Of a stretch of 64,000 bases of DNA, positions 45,401 through 53,401 are shown piece after piece. Under the pieces are notes generated by a model, which was not told the origin of the DNA, did not search any database, and saw only the letters and a program-made list of their open reading frames with translations. A program made the position numbers and the translations under genes. Origin of the DNA: a virus (Duplodnaviria; Caudoviricetes); the IMG/VR virus record IMGVR_UViG_3300042881_002516, positions 1,293 to 65,292 of that record; one strand, written 5' to 3'. How positions within the stretch are numbered: position 1 is the stretch's first letter; each line of letters begins with the position of its first letter.

Positions 45401-46363
45401 CGGACGCGGATAGGTGACAGACACGCCCGGCAACTGCTCGTCGAGGGCCTTGATCAGCGCAGGGATGTCCTCGCCGTTTTCCTCGAGAATAGTGATCAGG
45501 CGACGAGTGGCCTCGTCCTGCGCACGCTGACTGCCGCGCTCCTTGGCAAGCTCACGGCCTTCTGCATTACGAAGCGACCAAAGCTCCTTGAGCCGTCGTC
45601 CACCGCCAGAGGTAATTGTCGGGATGACAAAGAGCGGGTTTAAGAACTTAAAGCCAGCAGCGGACTCCGCAGCAAGACGAGTGACCGGATCGCCTGGATC
45701 GAATTCTTCTGCCACGATAGTGCCCATAGAGGCACCGCCGCCATAAAGCGCTTCTCCCGCCAGATATGACTTCGGAGCCTTGCGAGCAAACTCACCAAGT
45801 GCGGTGACGTACTTACCGACTCGATCTGCTGTAGCAACCGGGAGGTAGAACGCAGCCGGAGCAAAAGCGATGCTGCCGCCAAGCGTTTTACCGCCCTCAA
45901 AGTACGGCATCATCTGCTCGTCGGTTGGACCACCAACGATAGCGTCAGAAAGCTGTCTGCCCGTCAGCATGCCGAAGCCAAAACCGAGCACGCCACCGGC
46001 AACCGGAGGCGCAAGTTTCAACTGCGGAGGCATGTACGGGGACAGTCCCGCACCATAGCGCGCACCGGAGATCATGCTGCCTACGGCAGGCAGCGTCTCG
46101 ATGACACCCGCCGGCACGCCGCGCATGAAATACTCACTAGCCGCATCCATGAAGCCCGGCGGACCCTTGTCCGGCGTGTGGCCAAAGGAGGCAAGGTCTT
46201 CCTGTGACAGAAGGCCCACAGTCGCAGGCTCTTCTGGTGGAGCAGTGCCCGTCGGCGGCGTAACCGGCGTCTCGCCAATGCGAGTCACCGTGACGTCAGG
46301 CGGCTTAGGAGCCTGCATCAGTGCCTGAAGGTCCTCTTGGGTAAACTGCGGATCGTCTTCCAT
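42395..46363 (-). CDS. large internal virion (ejection) protein
   Basis: 1322 aa, helical, last of four large genes after the tail genes; inferred from position. Confidence 0.6.
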   Translation of the reverse strand: MEDDPQFTQEDLQALMQAPKPPDVTVTRIGETPVTPPTGTAPPEEPATVGLLSQEDLASFGHTPDKGPPGFMDAASEYFMRGVPAGVIETLPAVGSMISGARYGAGLSPYMPPQLKLAPPVAGGVLGFGFGMLTGRQLSDAIVGGPTDEQMMPYFEGGKTLGGSIAFAPAAFYLPVATADRVGKYVTALGEFARKAPKSYLAGEALYGGGASMGTIVAEEFDPGDPVTRLAAESAAGFKFLNPLFVIPTITSGGGRRLKELWSLRNAEGRELAKERGSQRAQDEATRRLITILEENGEDIPALIKALDEQLPGVSVTYPRPGQPGTPTGPTAAQKTGSLTLAQLEAALGTLDPNFSEAIRTQGNDALKAFTKTVAALQDTGSPEALRVAAEMREQFFTNAINSRLERANLRAAERISKITKDSPQARVEIGRIVRDEVEQALENAREAERYYWNLADREAMKPAGQVRLQVQPSDTLVNRTYLNWANGLLPELKRMRANDIDFRNPDKVSRLTKMKAVPLSVFIKNTGGIANDSELLARDITNKSLPGLVRQNIRQNVLGERGTASIDAVKQRVFDAGYFPMKDNYNAISDSELYDAIARDLQGDERVWTMNVRAALDPFINEREVLDSWASEGFDATMTAEQIANRARVLDELRRKEGKDGFYVSQNELPGPTEKLVPRPKQLTAENTVRAYLERVAQIGPALVDSMVPPDVRRIMESFGVNNSAIDLYRRGRSTDQFAKTGIVHYRYLPDKKALEKTKPGDLINYRSNLLTLSRQAKARGEVSDASFYTYLADAMLQDLNKLDNPAYNKAREFSNALNDTFTRTFANEMLGTARTGGARYPAETLVDNAFGVGSDLVALRMKEIEGAVGFMRDRLTKAASEAGPVAPGLMPESLRKEADMLREFAKVSTAGVASIQDAQNRVLRLMASKALFTDPKTNALRVNTRQLTKFVAENKTLLDQMGITGDLTNAAQAENLLRSVIEQNSALNTTVRKQMAFSKLLPYENPTDAITSALNSKTPMRSMAQIARLAQRGGPEAMGGLKASVYDYAFTKATGGKDTLDPKKFRDAFFKKSALDQPALADILRTQGIMTPQELKNIRALTDRMMVIEDAMANKRGLEDVLQGADIVGELAMRVVGSRIGTAASGGGPGSLIAASAGSKAVRQIFDKMPMMMVRKTMQQAVQDPAFMSMLLRRNLSEQEKFRLAKSMHAYLLAAGLNYANYEEPPEAKAVTGGPTASRDFQSLQDVYNAMRPKPVPPAPTTRGVPGMQKPPAPQGGAPAGGPPPTTGGPTQSRLMMQQLFPNDAIIGAAGVAAGQPMPS

Positions 46364-46377
46364 CTTGCAATGGACCT

Positions 46378-48453
46378 CTACTGTTCGTCAGGCAACGGCT
46401 TACGCGTGTCTGGTACCCAAGCCTGCTTCTCGCGGTTGTACACCAGGAACTGCGCTCCAAGAGGCAGTCTAATGTATTCCTCGCGCGTTGAGACCACCGG
46501 CGGGATGCCGACGATATCAATAATCGACTGGACCTCTCGCGCCTTCAAACGCTGATCGTTGGCATCTTTAACGTCCAACGTGCGATCGGCCGCTTTGGTC
46601 AGCGCATCATTCTTGATGCGATACAGCACCTGGCCGAGGCTGATCAGGTTGTTGAGGTAACCGACACGGTTTTCCAAGAATCGCGGTTCGAGGTTCAGGT
46701 ACATGTTGATGTCCTGACGCTCGGCTTCTGCCAATCGAGTCGTTTCACGAAGGGCAATCGCCACACGAGGCGCGAGCTTCGAGATCGTCGAGGCAGCCTG
46801 CTGTTGCGTACGGCCGGCTTCACCGGCGAACTCAAACGGGATGCGGCGAGCAAGCTCCGAGGTCATTTTCGGCACAAAGCCGATGCCTTCTTGTGCCGCC
46901 TGCCAAATCGTCGGCTCGCCAAACGCACGCTCGCCAGCACTTACTGGCCCTTGGTCCGTGGTCGGTGCAGCTTCAGCCGGCGGAGCAACTTCAGGACCCG
47001 TGGCCGCATCAGGACGAACCGTGTTCGGACCTGACGGCACAGTGCCCGGAGTCTGCGGACCCGGACGGCGACCAGACGCATCAAGCGCACGACGCGCGGC
47101 CAACGCATCCGTCAAGAACGGGAGGTTGTAGCCGGGGATCGTACGCGTGACCTTTTGGCCAAGCTCGTTGGTATAGAGTTCCGTCGACGGGCGAAGCAGG
47201 CGCGAAGCCGCGCTCGCGATGAGGTTGTCCTCTTCCGGAGTCGTCTCGCCATCGGCATAGGCTTGCAAGAGTCCAGGAGCATTGACCACGCTCCAGTCCC
47301 ACGAGCCTTTGCCGAACATGCTGCTTGCGGATTTACCAGAGTTTTTGAGGATGTCGCCAAACGCTCTGCGCTGCGACTCGACGAGCTTAATGTTGCCTTC
47401 GCGAACCTGCTCACGCTCCTTCTCGGCAGCTTGGATCGCCGCCATGCGGATCGCGCGCTTGTTCTTGTCCTCTTCAGCAATGAATTGACCCACTGCACCC
47501 GGAACCTCCGAGGCGACGGTCGCAAGACGGCTCAGTGTTGAACCGCGCAAAGGACGGCCCTGCGCATCGACGTTGCCGGCAAGCTGCAAGCCCTTCTGGC
47601 CGAGCATTAACAGCAACTGCGCCTGACGGGATTCTTTGTCCTCGCCAAGCAGATCGCGATACATCTGTTCGCGCTCCATCGTCGTTGCCTTAAGGTCAGG
47701 CATCGCAGAGGTCGGCTGCGTCAGCATCTTGGAGTAGCCCGTCCGGGCATACTCAAGAAGTTCTGGCGGCAGACGCATGCCAAGGGAGGAAGTATCTTCC
47801 TCGTCTAAGGAAGGTTCTTCGTCATCCGAGGTCACGCCTTCCTGACCGGACCCCTGGTAAAAACGCTGAACGTACCCACCATCCTTCATCTGGATGGGCG
47901 GCATGCCTTCCGGCGGGATCGGCTGACCGTCCGGTCCCATCATGGGACCAGGAGCCATACCGCCTCCGGGAGCAGGACCGGCGGCGGCAAGAAGCGCGGC
48001 CATATCGCCGGGTGGCGGCGCGGCTGCGCCAGGAGGAAGTGGCGGAGCGCCAGGAGGCGGAGCTCCCATGGCAGCTCCCGGAGGCGGCGGCATTGGAGGC
48101 TGTGGCCCTTGGACCATGGGCTGTGATTGCGGCAACGCGCCAAGCCCAGCGCCTTGCGCCAGCACTGGCTGGAGCATCGCAAGCACAGACTCGGGGGTCT
48201 CGGCAGCGGCCGGATAGCCCACGAGATCAGCCAATTCTTCGCGACGCGCATCGACGGAGCGCATGTCGCCACGGAGATTGTTCATGAGGATCTCAGGCGA
48301 ATTGGGACGGCGATCGAGGACTTTAGCAGCCGAGTTTTCCTCGTCCGCATCCTCCTCTTCTTCCATCTCCACGGCCTCATCGGCCTCGTCGAGGAAGCCC
48401 TGCATGATGCCGACGTTTTCTACGTCGTCCAACATTTCTCTTGCCTTTGCCAT
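46378..48453 (-). CDS. internal virion protein
   Basis: Acidic/Pro-rich N-terminus, MKDGG motif, helical core. Confidence 0.55.
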   Translation of the reverse strand: MAKAREMLDDVENVGIMQGFLDEADEAVEMEEEEDADEENSAAKVLDRRPNSPEILMNNLRGDMRSVDARREELADLVGYPAAAETPESVLAMLQPVLAQGAGLGALPQSQPMVQGPQPPMPPPPGAAMGAPPPGAPPLPPGAAAPPPGDMAALLAAAGPAPGGGMAPGPMMGPDGQPIPPEGMPPIQMKDGGYVQRFYQGSGQEGVTSDDEEPSLDEEDTSSLGMRLPPELLEYARTGYSKMLTQPTSAMPDLKATTMEREQMYRDLLGEDKESRQAQLLLMLGQKGLQLAGNVDAQGRPLRGSTLSRLATVASEVPGAVGQFIAEEDKNKRAIRMAAIQAAEKEREQVREGNIKLVESQRRAFGDILKNSGKSASSMFGKGSWDWSVVNAPGLLQAYADGETTPEEDNLIASAASRLLRPSTELYTNELGQKVTRTIPGYNLPFLTDALAARRALDASGRRPGPQTPGTVPSGPNTVRPDAATGPEVAPPAEAAPTTDQGPVSAGERAFGEPTIWQAAQEGIGFVPKMTSELARRIPFEFAGEAGRTQQQAASTISKLAPRVAIALRETTRLAEAERQDINMYLNLEPRFLENRVGYLNNLISLGQVLYRIKNDALTKAADRTLDVKDANDQRLKAREVQSIIDIVGIPPVVSTREEYIRLPLGAQFLVYNREKQAWVPDTRKPLPDEQ

Positions 48454-48462
48454 ATCGACCCC

Positions 48463-50223
48463 TTAGAAAAGTCCGGCTTTCTTGGCACCTGCCAAGGTGC
48501 CTACTGCGCCAAGTCCAATGCCTACGGCTTGTTGGAACGGGCTTGCTGATGGAACGCTGGAGACCTGCGTCGACATCTGCGTCGACGGTGCGCCGCGATA
48601 AACGTCGGACAAAAATCCAACCTGCTGGTACGGAGCATAGATCTGCTGAAGCTGCGTTGCACGCTGCGCATCGATGCCCTGCTGCGCCAGTGCCTGCTGC
48701 GACTGGCCGACGTTGTAGAGGAAGTTGATGTCGCCTTGGTTCATGGCCTGCGCCGTCTGACCCAAAGCCGCCTGCTGTACGCCAAGTTGGCCAAGCTGAC
48801 CGCCCAACGCACCAAGGCCCTGGGCCATATTTTGACCGATGCCAAACTGCTGGCCGGCCAACGCGCCGATGCCTTGTCCAATATTTTGGAACGTGCCGGC
48901 TTGTTGCCCGTAAATGCCAGCGGCCGTCTGTGCGATCTGTCCGCGCTGTCCGGCCTGTGCCGCCATAAGATTGGCGATGTTCTGCTGCATGTTGGCTTCT
49001 TGGCCAGCAAGCGCGCCCGTCTGCGCGGCAAGGTTGCCGTAGTTTTGAGCGGCCTGTTGATAAAGCCCAGCCGCTGATTGGCCGAGCTGTGCTTGTTGCA
49101 CACCAAGCTGACCAAGGCCTTGGCCTGCGGCGATTTGGTTCTGTGCCAGATTGCCGTAAAGCCCTGCTGCGGCCTGTCCGAGCTGCGCTTGCTGTGCGGC
49201 CTGCTGACCGACTGTTTGGCCGGCCTGCATACGACGCTGCTGTTGCTGCTCAAACGAGGCCATCGCATTGGCCTGCGCTTGGTTATAGCCCTGGTTCAAA
49301 AGATTGGCGATCGTGCTCGCCTTTTGCTCCATCAAACCACGTTCGAGCTCGGCACGCTGCACGCCTTCGCGCTCGCCACCGAACGCACCAGAGCGAACGG
49401 CCTGCGCCGAAAGTCCCTGCTGGGCGATCTGGCCCTGCCGGTTGATCTGACGCATCGTCTCGTCGATCACCGACTGTTGGTACGGGTTCATGAAGGCAGC
49501 GGTTTCTTGTCCCGGACGGAACCCGCCAATGCCTGCACCCAAAAGCGCCTGTGAGCCGGCGAAGTCCGCACCCGCAGCGCCGAGGGCAAGCTGCTGCGCA
49601 CCAGTTAGACCAGAAAAACCCTGTCCGATCGCGGCCGTTGCCGGTTGCAGATCGGCTTGCGACGAAAGCGCCGCCATGTTCTGGGCCGTGGCCAACGCGC
49701 CGAGGCCCGTTTCTACGTCCTGATACGCACCGCCAAGACGGCCTGAAACGTCCGACATTGCCGCACGGCGAGCCGCTTCGTCAAGATAGCCAAGGCCCAC
49801 ACCAAGCTGGCCAACGCCAGAAGTAATTCCGGAGCCGGCCAGCGCAGCGTTTTGCATCGCGCGCTGGGCGTCCGTGAACTGAGCGCGGGTATCCGATCCA
49901 CGGAGCACATCGGCCGCTTCGGCTGTCGTTTGCACGCCAGCGCCAACGCCCTTGTTCGCCGCCTGTATATACGGCATGTAAGAGCCGACACCGAGGCCTT
50001 CAGCCGCGCCCATCGCCGCTAACTGCGCAGGCGAGAAGCCGGCTACTTGATAAGCCGGAAGCTGCTGCGAGAGCGGGGTCGTCGTGCCGGTGACTTCGCC
50101 AGTAACAGGGTCACGCTTGACGTTAAACGCCAAGTCCCGAGCCTGCCGGAGTAGATCGAGCTTATAGGCTTCGACCTCCGGTGACTCGGAGACGATCTGT
50201 TGGGTGACTTGAGTTTCTGCCAT
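48463..50223 (-). CDS. internal virion / DNA pilot protein (Q/A/G-rich)
   Basis: FMNPYQQSVI...GAFGGER; C-terminal glycine-zipper hydrophobic helix. Confidence 0.65.
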   Translation of the reverse strand: MAETQVTQQIVSESPEVEAYKLDLLRQARDLAFNVKRDPVTGEVTGTTTPLSQQLPAYQVAGFSPAQLAAMGAAEGLGVGSYMPYIQAANKGVGAGVQTTAEAADVLRGSDTRAQFTDAQRAMQNAALAGSGITSGVGQLGVGLGYLDEAARRAAMSDVSGRLGGAYQDVETGLGALATAQNMAALSSQADLQPATAAIGQGFSGLTGAQQLALGAAGADFAGSQALLGAGIGGFRPGQETAAFMNPYQQSVIDETMRQINRQGQIAQQGLSAQAVRSGAFGGEREGVQRAELERGLMEQKASTIANLLNQGYNQAQANAMASFEQQQQRRMQAGQTVGQQAAQQAQLGQAAAGLYGNLAQNQIAAGQGLGQLGVQQAQLGQSAAGLYQQAAQNYGNLAAQTGALAGQEANMQQNIANLMAAQAGQRGQIAQTAAGIYGQQAGTFQNIGQGIGALAGQQFGIGQNMAQGLGALGGQLGQLGVQQAALGQTAQAMNQGDINFLYNVGQSQQALAQQGIDAQRATQLQQIYAPYQQVGFLSDVYRGAPSTQMSTQVSSVPSASPFQQAVGIGLGAVGTLAGAKKAGLF

Positions 50224-50229
50224 GGATTC

Positions 50230-52245
50230 TTACCCCTTCACCGCTCCGCCTTCGAGCTTTTTCATCAAGGCGTACATGCGTTTTGCGCCCTTGCGGCGGC
50301 TACCGCCTCCGGCGTTGCGAACGGCCTTGGCCGTAAATACAAACTCGCCATCCGACAACATCGCCGGAATGGAGTCAGAAGTGCCCGTGCCAGGACCGTT
50401 AATCGGGCCTGTTTTACGGGGGAAATGCGTTGGTTTCGGCTCGCCACCTTTTGCGTATCCCGGCACAGGATAGGTCGGCTGTTGCACGGGGGCCGACAGG
50501 TCGGGGACGCCGTAAAGTCCCGCCACGTTGTACGGTTGCGGAATGCCGGTAGGCATCATCGTAGCGCCACGCGGCGTATATACAGGGATCTGCGCTCCCG
50601 GAGGCATGCTCGGGGACGATGTACGTACAAAAGGATCGTACGACTGCGGCATGCCTTCAATACGGCCCAGCGTGCCGCCAAAGAGCTGCGGGTTATCGCG
50701 AATAAACTTTGAACCGCCGGAGGCACGGTCAAACAGTGGGTTTTCGTTGACCGGCTCCTGCTTAAAGCCGCCCGTCAATGCGCCAACGCCAAGTGTTGTC
50801 AAAGCGGCGGGAGCGAACCTACCGAGCTCTGTTTTGGCGTACGGATTGACGAGGAACGCGTCCTTAAAGGTTTGGAACGACGGCATGTTGGCGAATTCGT
50901 TCAACCGACCCCCGAAAGTCTGCGCAGGGGTAACAGGCGCACCTGTGGCCGCATCCACCGGGTAGTCATCCGGGAGTTTGCTAAAGGGGTTCAGTCGGTC
51001 TAAGAAGCTCTTGCCGGCCACCTCGCCAGACGCAGCAGTGCCCACGGCTCCAGGGGCGGCCGTACCGACCTGCTCCGGAGCGGCAACGTAGTCACTCGGT
51101 GGCAGTTCGCCAATGCCGCGTTGAATAGGAGCTTGTTGACCCGGAGCCGCTTGTGTTGGTCCTTGGCCCGTGGCGCTTTCAACAGGAGTCTGCTCTGGCT
51201 TGTATGTGAGCCCCGTCATGACGCCTTGCTGAAGGCCCATGCCCAACGCCTCTTCGGTGCTCATGCCAGCCGCCTTACCAAGGGCTGCGCTCGTCACACC
51301 AGCGCCAATACCTTGCGCGAGTTTGCCGCCCTCAGTCACGCCGGGGATCTTGCTTGCAAACTTAGCAATACTGGAGACGGGGTTTACACCACCGATCGTG
51401 CCGCCAGCACCAAAGTACGATGTTGCAGCGGAAATCAATGCGTCCTTTACGTTACCCCCTGCACCAAGCGTAGTTGCAGCGGAGGCCGTCGCGGCTGCTG
51501 CCGCAGAAGACATCACGCCAATGCCTGCTGGGCCGAGGACCGTGGCCAATGCAACGGTCGCCACGACACGTACGATCGGGTTCTTAAGGAGGCTTTTGAC
51601 TGCTTTCTTGATGCCCTTAAAGAGCTTCTTCAAGAAGAATTCAGGGAGGCCTGTGCGGGGGTTGATCGTGCCCGATCCGCCCATCGCCTTGAGCAGACGA
51701 GCTTCGACCGGCGTAATGTGCGCCAGCATCGTGTCGCCATTACGGCCCTGAGAGGCCAGGTACTTGGCCACATCGGCCAAGCCGCCTTCGGCCATGGGCA
51801 TTGGTCCGAGGTCCGCAACCTCTGGGGCCATTTGCATGGGCGCTTGAGCGCCAGCCGAACGCATGTCACGGTACTCGTTGAGCACCATGATCGCCATACC
51901 GAGGTATTCAGGGTCGTATTCCGTCGGCAGGTCGTCATCGTCCATCATGCCCGATTCGATCAGGCGTTGGCGGAGCTGCGGGTACTCCTGCGGGTTCTGC
52001 GACATGTACTCGAGGACGTCGAGCAACGAAGCAACTTCTGCGGCGCTGAGGTCAAGATCCCCCAGCGCGTCTTGAACGGCCCTTTTGACTTCGGCAACTT
52101 GTGCAGGCCCGTTTTGGGTCAGCCCCAACGCCGAAAGCGCGGCATCGTATGAGTCCGCACTAGAAACGAACGGGAGCTGCTGGGGAGGAGCCGGATTTTG
52201 CATGTCCTGCCCCGGAGGCAGGCTCATGATGCCTTCATCTTCCAT
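50230..52245 (-). CDS. internal virion protein with tape-measure-like C-terminal motif
   Basis: GRNGDTMLAHI...GTINP.TGLPEF; hydrophobic Gly/Ala helices; GPGTGTSDSIPAMLSDGEFV; start reassigned. Confidence 0.65.
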   Translation of the reverse strand: MEDEGIMSLPPGQDMQNPAPPQQLPFVSSADSYDAALSALGLTQNGPAQVAEVKRAVQDALGDLDLSAAEVASLLDVLEYMSQNPQEYPQLRQRLIESGMMDDDDLPTEYDPEYLGMAIMVLNEYRDMRSAGAQAPMQMAPEVADLGPMPMAEGGLADVAKYLASQGRNGDTMLAHITPVEARLLKAMGGSGTINPRTGLPEFFLKKLFKGIKKAVKSLLKNPIVRVVATVALATVLGPAGIGVMSSAAAAATASAATTLGAGGNVKDALISAATSYFGAGGTIGGVNPVSSIAKFASKIPGVTEGGKLAQGIGAGVTSAALGKAAGMSTEEALGMGLQQGVMTGLTYKPEQTPVESATGQGPTQAAPGQQAPIQRGIGELPPSDYVAAPEQVGTAAPGAVGTAASGEVAGKSFLDRLNPFSKLPDDYPVDAATGAPVTPAQTFGGRLNEFANMPSFQTFKDAFLVNPYAKTELGRFAPAALTTLGVGALTGGFKQEPVNENPLFDRASGGSKFIRDNPQLFGGTLGRIEGMPQSYDPFVRTSSPSMPPGAQIPVYTPRGATMMPTGIPQPYNVAGLYGVPDLSAPVQQPTYPVPGYAKGGEPKPTHFPRKTGPINGPGTGTSDSIPAMLSDGEFVFTAKAVRNAGGGSRRKGAKRMYALMKKLEGGAVKG

Positions 52246-52249
52246 AGGT

Positions 52250-52325
52250 GTCCTTTCCAGTTTGTGCCGAAGACCCAACAAGGGGTCGCGCGCCGGGAAA
52301 GGACGCGGATATGTCGGGGATTATG
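52250..52325 (-). promoter_or_regulatory. structured 5' leader occluding the SD, downstream of a CATAAT box
   Basis: GTCCTTTCC/GGAAAGGAC 9-bp stem enclosing a GACCC/GGGTC hairpin. Confidence 0.5.
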
Positions 52326-52353
52326 AGCCAAGTTGTCAAGCGTTGTCCACTTG

Positions 52354-52686
52354 TCACGAGCGGTCGATCTCTAGGTAAGAGAGATAGAAATCGACGTCCG
52401 AGACACTAGCAGTAACCTTCAAAACGTCCCCTGCAATCAGCACGCAGGGCACGCCGGAGAGAATATCGAGCGTCTGGCTGGCTGGGAGCACATATGACTT
52501 CAGCAACTTGTACGGAGTTGCGCCTCCGCCCGGATATATCGCCGCACTGATGTTGGCCACGCTGGCGTTGTCGTTCGTTACCCGTAACGACGAGAGGACC
52601 GCGTTGTTCGCAGCCGGTGCCGTATAGATAGCCGTCTCAGTCGCGGCACTCGGAGTCAGGTATTGACGAAGATATTTGTTTGCCAT
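52354..52686 (-). CDS. virion structural protein
   Basis: Beta-rich; similar fold type to 4976-5350. Confidence 0.6.
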   Translation of the reverse strand: MANKYLRQYLTPSAATETAIYTAPAANNAVLSSLRVTNDNASVANISAAIYPGGGATPYKLLKSYVLPASQTLDILSGVPCVLIAGDVLKVTASVSDVDFYLSYLEIDRS

Positions 52687-52687
52687 G

Positions 52688-53401
52688 TCACACCGCCGAG
52701 ACGAAGTTGATGGTCAAAATTACCGACGGGATTGCCGGCCTTGTCGGAGTGCTTTCAGCAGCATAGTGCTCAATAAACACATCCGTGCTGCTCGCCCACC
52801 AGGCGATCTGTAGGTAGTTCGTGCTGGGATCGTTCACGGTAAAGATGCCTGTAATTGCCGGAACTATGTGTGCCCATGTCGAGGAGTCTTTGCGTGCGGC
52901 AATATCAAAACGTGTTCGGCTAGAAGGATAATTGACACCCGTGTCCTTGGCCCACACCTCAAACTCTTGTACCGCATTGCTTCGGTTCGAGACCTGTAGC
53001 GTAAACGTGACGAGATATTGCCCGGAGCACGGAACGTAGATTTTGCTGTTATCGACGACGCGGATGCCGTTTGACAACGCCACCACGTCGTACGTCAAAA
53101 GCTCTTCGGTGGTCGTACTGGTCAGGTCTTGATCAAGGTTAGAGACCAACATCGCCTGTGGCAGGCTAATGCCGTTACTGATCTGAAAACCCCGCACGCC
53201 ACCAGCAAAGCCCCCGCCTGCGCCAGAACCAGCCGCGAACCACGAGCCAGCCCCCGCTTTGTCGTCACTAACGGTCGGCGTGTAGCTGTTGTTGAGCTGG
53301 AAAATGACCTGCTCAAGCGAACGCACGAGCTGGTCGAACGACTCCGCACTGTATTGAACCGGCGCGGCGTTCGGCAGACGTACGTTAGTGATCTTGCTCA
53401 T
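52688..53401 (-). CDS. tail protein (C1q/BclA-like C-terminus)
   Basis: LP.AA..Y....QLVRSLE N-terminus; SG.YLV.F.LQ beta sandwich. Confidence 0.55.
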   Translation of the reverse strand: MSKITNVRLPNAAPVQYSAESFDQLVRSLEQVIFQLNNSYTPTVSDDKAGAGSWFAAGSGAGGGFAGGVRGFQISNGISLPQAMLVSNLDQDLTSTTTEELLTYDVVALSNGIRVVDNSKIYVPCSGQYLVTFTLQVSNRSNAVQEFEVWAKDTGVNYPSSRTRFDIAARKDSSTWAHIVPAITGIFTVNDPSTNYLQIAWWASSTDVFIEHYAAESTPTRPAIPSVILTINFVSAV

